Below are positions 40,190 to 52,861 of a stretch of DNA of 64,000 nucleotides, in pieces. How positions within the stretch are numbered: position 1 is the first letter of the stretch; each line of letters begins with the position of its first letter. Under the pieces are notes generated by a model. That model had not been told where the DNA came from. It saw only the letters and a program-made list of their open reading frames with translations, and searched no databases. The DNA is taken from assembly GCA_013239625.1 (NCBI GenBank), contig MU053557.1:441063-505062 (forward strand), given 5' to 3'. This DNA comes from Lama guanicoe (lineage: Eukaryota). The position numbers and the translations under genes were made by a program.

Positions 40190-40860
40190 ATCCAACCCTC
40201 ATGACAGCCTCTCCATCTTACAGATGAGAGGGTGTGACTTGCCCGAGGTCACCCACATGGTAAGTGGAGTGGCTGAGGGGTTCAAAGCAAACAGCAGGTT
40301 TTGAACTGGTGTATTATCTGCTCCTTGTGGGCCAAACATGCTTCATTTATAGTGTCACATTACTTCTGCAACAACCCTACTTGCTGTAATTATTAGCCCC
40401 ATTTTCCAGATAAGAAAATTGAAATTCAGTAAGCTTAAGTTATCTCTGCCCGAGGTCACCTGGCTGCTAAGTAGAAAAGCTGAGTTTACATCCCAGGATG
40501 TTTGAACCCAGAGCCCACATCCGTTAAGCACGTCTATGACCTGACTGTTGCTTATACCAGAGGACGCCACCAGGTCATCTGAGCTTTAATTACCATTTGA
40601 TGTTCTTTTTATTATGAATGGCTATCACAGCATCTACTTCACAGGATTGTCATAAGCTCTTCCGTCTATGTTTGTAAAGTTCCGAGACTGTTTGGCATAT
40701 AGAAAGCACTCAACAAATGTCAGTTATCATTGTTTACTGAGTGCTTCCTGGGCCAGATGCTGCACTGAGCATTTTGCTTGCATTTCTGCATTTACTTCTC
40801 ACATCAACCTCCTGAGGGAGGTACCAACAGGATGCTCATTTTGTAGATATGGAAACCCAA
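40190..40860. mobile_element. Cluster of MIR fragments in both orientations
   Basis: ttacagatgagag...gacttgcccgaggtcac; cccattttccagataagaaaattga; acaggattgt...agcactcaacaaatgtcagttat; cattttgtagatatggaaac. Confidence 0.8.
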
Positions 40861-41455
40861 GTGGAAACTTCATGTGTTTTCTTCACACTCAGCACAGGGA
40901 TCCCTAGATAAATAGGCCTATTGCTCTAACCTTCACTTTAGAAAAATGTCAAGTTGCCAAATGACCTCCCTCAGTATCAGCTGACAATGATGCTGCAGGA
41001 CGTGTTCATCCACTCACAGGGAACTACCTAGGTACGTGGTAGTCCTGCAATTGAACTTAATTCCGGTACTAACCGCTCAGAATTAGCACAGACCCCACAG
41101 GTAGAGGGCTCAGTCCACAAGACTGCTCTAGACTCCAGCCACAAATAGGGTGGCCAGGCTATTTGCACTCTGCTTGGCTGATGACAGTTTTGAAGGTTCC
41201 CATGTCCACCCACCTCAGGTTTAATAATTCACTAGAATGACTTATAGAACTCAGAAAAACACTGGACTCACACTTACCATTTTATTATAAAGGATACAGC
41301 TCAGAAACAGCCAAATGGAAGAGATGCACAAGGGGAGGATGGGGTGGGAGGACATGGCTCAGGATTAGCCACGTGGAAGAGCCGGGGCAGGGGGCAGAGC
41401 CCCCACGCCCTTCCAGGGCAGCACGTGGCTGTGTTCCCCAGCACGGAAGCTCTCG
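40861..41455 (-). mobile_element. Second MER21-like LTR (partial)
   Basis: Colinear with 9070-9675 (ttagaaaaatgt.aagttgcc; agggctcagtccacaaga; ataattcactagaatgact; aaaggataca.ctcagaaa.agccaaatggaagagat). Confidence 0.85.
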
Positions 41456-43634
41456 GCTGGCTGGTGCCCACAGCTGTCCAGTTAGTTAGCTGTTTGACAG
41501 CAGCGTGGTACCAGCTGTGACACTTTTACTTAGAAACTTGCGATGGTGGAGAGAACAAGAGCCCACTGATCCTTGGATGGGACTGTTCTCTTCTTGGGTT
41601 CTGTTGACTCCCCGTCTTTTGGCGGTTCCTGGGCCATGGGCCTCAGCTCTGTAGATGAAAGGACTTGCACCTCCACAACTCTGTGGGGTCAAACTGGGGA
41701 AGCAGAAGCTGCTGAGAGGAGGAAGGAATCACATGCTTACTGAGCTCCCACGGTGTGTGAGCACCAAGCGCTGGACACATGAAGTTAACCCGACTGGAAA
41801 TCACCCTGCACCTGGTCAGCTGGAGCGCTCACCAGCTAAAGATGCAAACTCTTTCCCTGTGCCTGTGCAGCCTGAGGCTGCTCACCAGGGTGAACTGGCA
41901 CAACATGAGGAAAAGAGCTGGAAATTCTCTAGTTAATTTCAGCCTTGTACATTATTCAGGTTGCCAAAAAAAAAAAAATCCATCATTGGGTCTGAAAAAA
42001 TATGGACCAGTGTCTGGATAGATTAAATAATCCAGATGGCTGAGTGAGTTACTACAGCAGAAAATAAAGTGTTTTCACCACCAATTGAGCCAATCCAGAA
42101 AGTTTGGGGATAACAGATTTCTTTACCTCGAATGACCCGATCTTTTCTCTTCTTGGTCTGGCTGGCTTAATTTCACTGTGCTATCGCCAAATCTTACTTC
42201 ACTTGGGCCGTTTAAATAGTCACAATGTTGCCTTATTATATAAAAGATGAAAAGAAATGAACAACCAAAATTTGTCGGCGGAGAACAAACAAACTTTGGA
42301 ATAAAGGATTAATCAGTTCTGTCACTCTCCCTTGGGCAGCAAAAATCAAGCCTCTTGTTTGGGGAAATCCTGCTGGATGGGACAATTTCCACATTGCCAG
42401 GCTGTTTTTCTTTTTAATATCACAGCTGATTTGCTGTGGTGGAGGCTGCTACAAGCTGCTGGCACCATCACCGGTTACAAAATGTGTCTGCCAAACCGCT
42501 CAGGGTCGAGGGAGCCATACTGTATTCTTCGATGGTGGGCTTCGTTGCCAGGGAAAAGACCTGCATAGAAAGAGGCCCATTCATCTTCTCCCCTGCACCT
42601 CCTCGTGACCTGAACAGAGTGAATGTACCAGTTGTCCTTGTGGAAAACAGAGGCACCAATTCTTGTGCTCTTCTCCATCCAATCCTGCTGTTGGAGACTT
42701 TCAGCGGACGTTTTGGCCGTCGACTTCCTCCCATCCTCGTCCCTCGGTGCACATGGCAGTAGAACCCCAGGTAAATGCAGATGGCTCACCCCTGCCACCT
42801 ACGTGTCTGAGAGACACAAACGACCGCGGCTGCCAAAAGCTTTTGAATCCATCATTACCTGTCAAACACTCCTGCCAGTATTCTTCTAAGAAGGAAAACT
42901 GTAAAATCAGAAAGACACAGACAAAGTTACAAAATGTAATCAAAATGTAATTGTATCTCTCTCCTGAAAAATCTCAGATCCGTGCACTGTATTCCACGGG
43001 TGATGATTATTACTGTCTTTTTTTTCTTTTTTTTCCTGTCTCCATTCGCAGATGTCAATACATGGTGAACGGTTTCCAGAAACTGACTTCATTTGCAACT
43101 GAGAGCAGAAGGGGAAGGGAGCCCAAGCCACACGGGCATGCTGACAGCGCGGCATTCTCCACTCAGAGCACAGCCCCATGCTGGTCAACTCCTGATGCCA
43201 AGGCAAGAGAGCAAGGGCCCATTATTTAAGGACACGTTTTAAAACAAGAATTCAACTGTCACAGTGCCTACCTCCTCCTCTCTCCTTCTAAATCCCACTT
43301 CAAAGAACCAACGTCTCCCATCAGGGGAAATAGACAGCAATTCGGAGTTAAAGGTGAATGAAAATGAGATATTTTAATTCGCTTCAGAGTTGTTTGTGGG
43401 GAGTGATAGTTTGTCGAGTGTAAACAAAGAAGAATTTCCTTCTCAAACTTGGCTACTGACATCAGTGAATAACCAGACCAGAAGGGAGGAACTAGGAATG
43501 AGATGAGCGCTGCAGCCATCACACGTTTTCACGCAGTTCTGCAAGTGACTTGTCTCCACTTTTCATTTATTTGCCCGTGCATTCCTTCAATGCAGAGAAT
43601 TCACAATGGCTTCAGGAATTAAAATTCTAGGTAA

Positions 43635-43850
43635 TTTTTATTGCGCTCTTATCAAGAACCAGACGCTGGTCGAAATGCTTTACTTACATTAACGCATTAA
43701 ATCCTCACTAAATGTTATGATGCAGATCCTATTCTTATCCCCATTTTACAGGGAGAAAAGGGAAACACTGAGAGGTCAAGAAATTTGCCCAAGGCAACAC
43801 AGTTGGCGCATGCAGAGCAAGGGTGTAAACTGAGGCAGTCTGATTCTCTA
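43635..43850 (-). mobile_element. MIR SINE
   Basis: ttatccccattttacag...aaacactgagaggtcaagaaatttgcccaagg. Confidence 0.8.
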
Positions 43851-46137
43851 CTCAGTGGCTTGCTGGCGGGGTAGCGTTAGAACACGGCCTGAGGGCAGCC
43901 AGGTAGCTGCCCAGTGAGCCTTTTCTGCTTCTGGTGGGTCTATTTTTATCCCCTGCTGCCTTCTTCACAGGAGAGTTTGGGGAACGAACACGGGAAGTGA
44001 CCTACTGGCGAGGAGAAACCGATGAATCACGTTGAACAGGGAGGAGGGGAGAAAACCCTTTCGAGCCACAAAGATATCATTTTCCTCACCGGGAGGAGGT
44101 CACCGAATGCATCACAGGAGAGAAAGGGATTTTGAGAGGTCACGTGGATAATAGTCCCGCCTTTGAGGAGGACACCCACTGCCTGAAAAAATGATCTAAA
44201 AGAATTCTTGCTGCAGCCGGGGGATTGGGCTACTTCTGTTGACCTGTGCCCAAGAGTGTATGCTTGATTAAGGTTCCTGGATGTCCTGTTTGGTCTGGCC
44301 TTTCCAGGCACTTTAATGGCCTTGAAGAGTATCCGACAAGTCACCTGGAGCAGGCAGATGTGGTCCTAGGTCCCCTGTTGACAAGCTGTAAAGGGCTTCA
44401 GGTCACTTTGTGTGGCGCCAGTCTGTGACTGTTCGGGATGCCAAAAAAGTCAGAGGGCTTGACAGCCTGGCAGCAACGCAAAGCTCTGTATTCCTCTTCT
44501 GTTGTATATTTATTTACTCCAACAATTTTTCCTGAGTGTTCCTTTGAGCCAGTCACCAAGGATACACAGACACACAAGGCTTGATCGCCAGCCCCCACGC
44601 TGAGGGAGCCGAAGCCTCGTGAACTCTGGGAGAGGTTCTCGCCAATCAGGCTGTGCAGGATGTGATGCGAACAGTTTTTCGTTTTTCTCTCTTCTCTTAT
44701 GCTTTGTCCTCCAGGCCCCATCTCTGTCTCCTACTTGACTGGCTGATGACTTTATGCTGACCCAGTGTTAGATAACTTCCAAATACTAACTAAAACTAAT
44801 AACAGCCCACACTACAGAAGCTCTGCGTAGGGCGGCCGTTCCATCCTGAAGCAACCCTTCAAGGGCTGCTTTTGTTATCGGCCTTATTTCCTACGGAAGG
44901 GAACTGAGGCACAAAAAGGGGAAAAATGAGCCCAAAGTTAAAATGTTCATCAGCAGTAGAACCAGGCGTTTGGCTTCAAGGCACATTGGAACAACCACTG
45001 CTGTACGTTGCCTGCTGGAGAATGCTGCTGTTCAAAAGGATCTTTTCGGAAGAGATAAGGAAGACACTGATGGGGAAAGACTCCAAGCGATAAATCATAG
45101 CAAGAGTCAGCATTCGGTGGGGGAATTAGAAGTGATCTCAGATCCTCAGAGCCTCGCCGCTGGGTGGGTATTATTTACACAGCAGGAGGCGGATAGGACA
45201 GAATCAGGGTCTGCATCCAGGCCCTCTTGCCCATCTTGTGCCCCTGTTGCTGCATCACCCTGCTTCCTGGTGACACGCAGGATCGCACGGGCACGAAGAC
45301 AAACTCTGCCTCAAAATGAAAGGGACCATCATTGAGATGGATCGGAAGAAACGACAATGGAATGAAGAATATCAGAATTAGATCATCTGAGAGATCTCTC
45401 AGTATAACCATTAGCCTCATGATTTAACCTCCGGCAACGTTCCCAGGAAAAAGGTGGAGGCAGATCTGGGAATTCAAGTGACTGATGCCCTCTGGGCCCT
45501 CCCGAGAAAACACGGCTAGAGGAGAATTTGCCTGAACGCCTAGATGCTGAGCCAAGCACTGGAAAGAATGTGGAGTATAGAGATGTCATACGCTTCTTCC
45601 TTCAGTGAAGTCATTGTCTAGGAAATCACTCTGCTGGCTCGACACTGGCATTTTGCATTGTTTGCCCATGTCAATCAGATCATAATTTGCTCCATCAAGG
45701 GAACCTTCTCAGCGCTTAAGAGTTGGAAACGGCTCTGGGACCACAGAACTAGTATAGCTGGAGTCTTGCTGCCTCCTTGGTGATGCAAGCCTGTCGAAGT
45801 TGTCATTTGCACTCAGAAAGCTAGCTGTGGTTAATAGAAAATAACTTCGCTGGTAACGCAGACACACACAGAGACGCAAACGCACATGCTGTGTGGGAAA
45901 CCACAGCCTCTGTTCTTGTTGTGAGAATGTTCCATCTGTTCTAAATCCTGCGCAGACCTGCCACCTTACATATCATTCTTTGAGTTGCTCAGTGTAGCCT
46001 TTCACTTGTCAGTGAGATTTTTTCATCCATAATTTTCTTCCATTTCTTTTTTTTTGAAAAGATTCTTGCCTTAAGAGGAGCTGAATTTCCCCTGCCCATT
46101 CTTTAAAGACAAGGAAACAAAGGAATAAAAATAGATC

Positions 46138-46340
46138 ATAATAATGATTGAGTGCACACTCTCTGGCATACGCTGAGCTAAATGCTTCGCATGTATTAGC
46201 TCATTTAATCCACACAAAGCCCCTAATGAGATAGGTACTATTATTAACCCCTTATTATAGGTGATAAAAGACCTAAGTGATGCAGCTTGCCCAGAGTGCA
46301 GGGACCCAGCTGCGACCCAACTCTGGTCTGATGGACCTCA
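46138..46340 (-). mobile_element. MIR SINE
   Basis: tgtattagctcatttaatcc...gagataggtactattattaacccc. Confidence 0.85.
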
Positions 46341-48651
46341 GCTCACCTCACTGACCCTGCAGCTCCCTACCTCCCTCTGCTTCTTCAAAGGATGCCAGGC
46401 TCTGTTTAGCAGAGGGTAAATGTTTGCAATTCCGAGTTATGTTGGAATGGATAAAGGAGGGAATTTTTGGTACAACCCTTATTTCCCTGTAATTCTAGCA
46501 TGAGGATTCTGAGATAGGATTTCATTTTCCCAGTTACTTAAATACCAAGTTTATAACCTGCCACTTCCATTGCTTTGTGTGCTTAATCGGAATATTTTCT
46601 TTAGAAAAAATGTATGTGTCAAAAGAAATGTAGGTTCTGTGAGAAAGGAGTATTAACTAAGGTATCCTCAGAACCAAGAATATGTGTCTGCTCCATGGTA
46701 AGTGAGCCGTAAGTATTTATTGATTAAATGGATGAACAAGAGGTTTAAGGAGTCACAAAGATGGCTGTCTCCCTGAAAAGATCACAATAAACTCCTGGAG
46801 GTCACCACCAAATGCTGACCCCTAATTGCCCAGAGGCCGATCATTCTGAAATCTGGGGCTAGCGTTACATTTATTGAAAGGTCCCCTTACTCCTGGCTGA
46901 GAAAACAAAGTCACGTGTGTTTGTGCTTCTGTGCTAAGTATCTATGTCTCTTTGGAAATAATCACAGGGTCTGACAGAGAGGAAAGGAGGGCTGGACAGT
47001 CATTGTCACTTATAGTTGTCACCCTATTAAAGCCATGGGCTACGTGGTTCAGTCCATGAGAAACTGGAAATTCAAAGTGGTATCACTCAAATAGGAGTTC
47101 TAACAAGTTGTAGCATCTTTCCAGCAACATAAGTGGGACCATTATTAATATTATAAAAACTACTGATTTTTATATTTTTATATGTTATTTATATTAATAA
47201 AATCATCAGTAACCCTCAGTTCTCTCCTACGGACTGAGAAGTCTCCAGAACAGCTCTTCCTCCTCTCTAGAACCATCTCTCTCATCACCTGCTCTGCTCA
47301 GCCCCCGTAATCCCTCTTAAATAACTCCTCCTCGTCTCCACGCTCTGCCTTCCCACACAAAGGACTCTCAGGAGGTTATTTCCTTACTGCTTAGGGTTCT
47401 CTAGAGAGCGAAGTTTCCTCTGTGCTTTCTGTCTTTTTCCTTCATCTGGTCTCCTAATTCAGCATCGCCAACGGAAGAGCTCTCTGTGGAGGATGAGGAC
47501 GGAACAGAGCAGGTAACTTCTGAACTCCTTTTGCACAGAGAGGGGGGGAAAGGCTGTGCAAATACACAGACTGAAACTTTCTTCCTTTCACTCATAAAAT
47601 AACTGTTGTGCCTAACCGGAGTATTTCTCCCAACTCTACAGCAGTGTTAAGAATCCATTCAAATCCTGTTGCTCAAATAGCATATATCTATCTACCAAAG
47701 AACTCTTACTCTCCAGAGAGAAATGACATTTATAAATCCCTGGGCCAAGCGCAGAACAATGTTGCGTCACAGCTCTTAGCTTTCTACATTACTCTGCAGC
47801 TTATTTGCTACTTCAAACCGGCCTTCAGTCATTTTGTGCAAAATACGCTGAGGATCTAAATCCCTGCCCACAAGTAGGTTTAGGATCTGCAAACCTTCTC
47901 CTTTTCCAGCACAGCCCACTTGGTGGGCACGGAGCTCGCTTGCTGTCGCCACCCTCCTTGTGCACGTCAAAACTTCTCATGGTCACATTTCTGCCCAGAT
48001 ATTAATAAACGCGAGTGGGAAGGAGACAAAATGCATGAAGTCTGCTCAGCCTTTCTAAGCCTGTGGAGCTTCCCCTTGTGCTTCGGCTGAAGATGGGGTG
48101 AAGATTAGGCATGCCGGGAGCCCAGCTGTCTTAGGGAAAAACCCTGAAGCAAGGACCTGCCAATTAAAACGAGTTTCTGGAGGCCAAGATGGAAACCTAG
48201 CTGGAACCAATTTTCATGCTACAGCACCGCCATCAGGCCTGGGTGCACCAGGATAACAAGAGGCAGATGGCTTTCAGCAAAATGAAAACTTCGAGGGCAC
48301 CACACATATGGTCCCAGTTCCCAAACTTTGAATGCGTTTGGCCCCTGAACGTGTTTCTATTTAATCTCTCCCTAGTAAAAAGGCAATGAACCCTCAAGGG
48401 CACCATTTTTTAAAAATAAAAAGTTGGTCCTCGCACCTTTGTAGATGCAAACATTTATCAGTCTTGGGGGCTGGGGAGTGGAAATTTGCCCCTGGGAAGA
48501 GAGAGTTCTAGGAATGGTGCTCCTTATGGAAGGAAGCAGGAGATGTAGATCTCAGAAATGACAGACCTGCAAATAACTGTTTGCAGAGATGGCCTAAGGA
48601 GACACGGGAGCTCCGGCAGTCCGAGGGCTGAGGGCACGAGGGCTATCTAGA

Positions 48652-48960
48652 TCAGTGGTAGCATCCGGAAAGGCTGGGACCAACCACCCTCAGCCTGCAG
48701 GTCACTGGGTACTCGAAATGTTTAAAGAAACTCATTTGAAATAAACTGACGCTGATCTTTTACAATTAGGAGATTTCACATGAAAAATACTCAGATTATT
48801 GATTTGAAAAAAAATTAGAAGACCTGGGCACATGCTTCTGCACGGCCCCAAAATGGTAGAACTGAGTCCCTGCATGTGCTCTGGCGTTTGCCGTGGCCCC
48901 TTCATGCCTGTTTTACTCATTTGTGTTACCTTCCTTGCCTACAAAACCATGAACCCCTTC
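48652..48960. mobile_element. MER102-like hAT-Charlie element
   Basis: aattaggagatttcacatgaaaaat...aaattagaagacctgg...ttactcatttgtgttaccttcc. Confidence 0.65.
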
Positions 48961-48964
48961 GTCC

Positions 48965-49770
48965 TGGCCCAGTCCTGGTTTGGCCACTTATAGTGGGTGA
49001 GTCCCTGGACACATCACTTAAGGCTTCTGAATCTTTATCTACTTATCTTTATAGTGGAGATAACACCTTACTATCATGTTGGGAGAGTTAAATAAGATAT
49101 TGCATGTAAAGGGCTTTGCTCGTGGCCTGGCACTTAATAGGTACTTACTATTTATTGACCATATATATTAACCACTGTTATCATTAATGTCATTCTTACT
49201 GAACAAGCTTGTCCTAATCCTTTTATCACTTCCCTTTTTAATAAAAATGAGGAGATATGAAAGTCATGGCCACAGATACAAGCCTCCTGTTGCCCAAATC
49301 TCCTGGGTCACTCGATGTACCTTGGAAAAATTAGATTATGTACTTTGCCTAAAGCCATATATAAACTGGGCAACTGTCTGTTTCAACTAACCATCACAGG
49401 GGACAGAGCTGAAACGGGGGGTCCATGGAGACATGCCGCGGTGAGGGGCAGGCCAGAAGTGATGCAGAGGTCCACGGCCCCACCTGGTTAGTCAGGTAAG
49501 GACACCCACTACTCACTACTGAGAGTGCAGGACAGTGAAAAGACATCACTGCTGGGGGACATCTGGGTTCAAAACTCCATCCATCCTCATCACCTCTAGG
49601 CCACTTTGGTCCTAGAACTCCTCTGAGTTTTGAATTCCATTTCATAATTTGTAAAATAGAGATGGTGCCAGCCTATCTTGCAGAGTCATTGTGAATGTTA
49701 ATTAAAATAATACGCATTTAAATGCTTAGCCCCCAGTAAGTGCCCAATACATAGTGATTACAAATAGGAG
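48965..49770 (+). mobile_element. Two MIR SINEs (~48965-49160 and ~49555-49765)
   Basis: gttgggagagttaaataagatattgcatgtaaagggc...tggcacttaatagg; tgtaaaatagagatgg...gtaagtgcccaatacatag. Confidence 0.8.
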
Positions 49771-51409
49771 TCAGAATAAATTATAATAAGTCATCTATTG
49801 AAAAGGGTTAAAATCTTAACTGAAAAAATAATAATCCCTATGAGAGTAAGAAAATTAAGTGTTGAGCTATTGCAAAATGTAATACACACCACGTCAAATG
49901 GGTGTCACGCACTTTCTGAGCTGACTGTAATTACCATTATTTACTGATCACTATTTCCGTTAATGCCTCATTACTCTCAATGACATTGCTGATAAGGCTT
50001 CAGGGGGTTTCTTTGTTTGATCTGTATTTAAAATTGGCGATGCGTGTTCTACTCCTAATATGTGCGGTATTATGCCTCCTTTTCACTTTAATTTGCATAT
50101 AGAAATTCTGCTTTTGCCTGCATTTCTACTTCAGTCTAGTCTTAGCTGATTAGAACTGAGAGTGACAAATTACATGTGTGCAGTCTGTTAAAAACACTCT
50201 GGCACCCTGACGTTCTAAAATTATTGGGTATGAGTGTGTCTTGGTTCTCAAAGTGGCCAGAGTGTGTGCTCAATCCAGTCTCTTTTCTCTTGAGCAGCCT
50301 TACTTCTCAAGCCTTTCTCTCTTTTTCACTTTTGCTACAATGGAGGCTGAGGACAGCATTTTATCCACCTAGAAAACAACCTGTAGTGGTAAAACCAGAG
50401 AGAGACTGTCCAGCACCACTGCATCACGACGGCAGGGAGAAGGTGAATGAATTAATTATGCAGGGCTGACACTTATAAATTTGTATAATGAAGGTGATGG
50501 GGCCAAATTGCAAGCGGGATGCATATAACCAATTAACCCGTGATGAAAACATCTTCCTCTAGTGGTCTGTGTCCTGAATGAGTTTGCTTCATCCTGGGAG
50601 GCTGGGTTGACTATGTCTCTTCTCCTCAGAAAACAGCTCTGAGCATCTTGCTTGTGAGGCTGAAGACCAGTGTCAGCTTTGTGTACAAATGCTCAGCTTT
50701 TCCTTTCCTGTGTCCGCATCCCAGTGTGACTAAGAACATTGTTTCAATGCTGATGATACATTAAGACAAAGACAAAACTGCCTTGACATTGGGGAAAAAA
50801 ATTGGAAGTCTTTAAAGTGAAAAGCAAAACTCAAGATGGCAAAAGTAAACCTTAGACAGAAAATAATCATGATGATGATTATTATTAATCATGATTTCAT
50901 GAACTGCTTGCTTTGTTTTGTTTTTTTTCTTTTTTAAAGGTTAGTCAAAGCTTAATAACAAGGGAAAAACATTAACGTACTCCTCTCCTGCCTTTCTGAG
51001 CACTTGCAATTTTTATTAGTTTCCTAAAGGATTGAAGAGAATATATTTTAACTGCTTGTTAAAGCTGAAGTCTCTCTGACTTTTCTTCCTATATCCATAA
51101 AGTTTTATGAGATTCCTCATTGTGAAGCCCTGCAAAGTAAGAAAACTTGTCTCCAAACAAGGCGTAGCTTTTTATTGCTCCTCTGCAGAGCAAGAACTCC
51201 CCAAGGACACTGCTCTACAGACCTCAGGCTTACTCCTCCAGTTTCCTCCAGACCAAAGCTGCTGATTGGTCAAACAGCCCTGGGTCCCTTTCCACTGCCT
51301 TCTCTCAATATCCTTCATTTATTCATTCTCTCCTTTTTCCTTGCTCTTGGCGATGTCCCCGACCCCTTCGTCTTCAGGGGTAATGATATTCACAGCTGGC
51401 GTGGGCATC

Positions 51410-51920
51410 TGCTGATTTTGCTTGTCAATCATCTCTGTGCTCTGGTAGCAGAACCTCCCTTTCCCACTAGGTAATCCATCCAAGTGATTTTGGTAAAGTC
51501 ATTAATATAAATGGAAGTGGAGACACGACCCAATCAGGATACCTATGACTCAGACCCAACCCAGCTGTTCCAAAAGTGGGCACTGATGGATGCAGCACCA
51601 ACAGGGCCCTGGGGAGAGAGTTTCATTCTCTTGATTTGGAATCGCTCGCTATAAAGTTTCCTGTGGTTGCTGGGGAAACAGCTCACCTCTTTCGCTGGGA
51701 ACTCGCTGTGACGATGGTAATACCAACACTGCTGTGACCATATGTATCATCAGAGCCAAAGCCGAGAGAGGGAAGCCTCACGTGATTTCAGTTCTTGGAT
51801 TCAGCCACGTCTGGGGCCCGCCGCTCATCTCAACTTCTGCGTTCTGAGAACCAACAAAATATCCGAGTCTAAGCTAGTTTGTGTTGAGTTTCTATTATTT
51901 ACAACTAGAAGAGCCCGAAT
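51410..51920 (+). mobile_element. Old MaLR LTR (MLT1-type)
   Basis: gacacgacccaatcagga...gttcttggattcagcc...ctaagctagtttgtgttgagtttctattatttacaactagaagag. Confidence 0.6.
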
Positions 51921-52599
51921 TCTTTTACTGCTTTAAGAATTCTTCCATCCAGTGAGGAAATGCATCTTTATTGAGGAAGGCAGACTGTGGTACCTGCATG
52001 AGAAGTACCTGCAGAAATCACTCAGGGGGCAGAAAACAAAGATCATCATTCCGAATGAGGACACGGAGGAAAGCTGCAGTGAAGGAAGAGGTGGCATTGG
52101 AGCTGGGCTTTGCAGAGGAAGTAGAATTTCCAACAGTGACGAGGAGGAGAGCATGGGAGGAAGTGGTACAAGAAAAGCCATCACCCTCAGAAGGGACAGT
52201 GTGAGGGAAGACAGGGCACGTTCAAGGACTGGTGAGTGGGTCAATGCGGCAGGACCTAAAGGATGCGGCTGTATCTGGAGCAGGTAGTCAGTGGGCTGGA
52301 GTCAGATTTTGGTGACATTTGGAAACCATTCTAAGGAGTAAAGCTATTTATTCTGTAGGGAGGGGGGAACTGCTACTGTTTTTCACAACAGGATTAACAT
52401 GACTAGGATCTATGTTTCAAGAAGAAAACCCTGCCTCTCACCCTGGCCTCCCTGATTCAATGCACTGCCTCTCTTATCTGCTCCTGGCATCTCATCCCAC
52501 TCATGCAGAAGGCGCAAAACCTGAGCAATGGATTTCTGAAACAATCCCGAGACGAGACGTAATCAGAGGATAAGGTTAGAGAAGGTGACGCATCGTGGC

Positions 52600-52861
52600 C
52601 AGCAAGTTTAAGGGCCCTGGCCCCAGCCAAGCGACTTAGGCGCATCCCTTGATGTCGTGGACCCCGTGAATGCCTGCAGCCAATGACTGACGATGGAGGG
52701 TATAAACACCCAGCCCCCAGGCCTCCCATCTGTTCCACCTGTGGTCTTACTCGTGCACCAAGATTCTCACAAGATTCCTCGCTTCTCTCCCTCCCTCAGG
52801 AAATCACTTGCACAAGAAGACCTGTCTCAGGCTCTCTGTCTAAGGAACCTGACCTAAGACA
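52600..52861 (+). mobile_element. LTR16C-like LTR fragment
   Basis: ccaatgactgacgatggagggtataaacacccagc...cacttgcac...tgtctcaggctctctgtctaaggaacctgacctaagaca. Confidence 0.7.

Noticed and set aside
47161..47211. Imperfect AT-rich hairpin (tactga...tcagta)
   Set aside because: Low-complexity sequence; a short stem like this is expected by chance.
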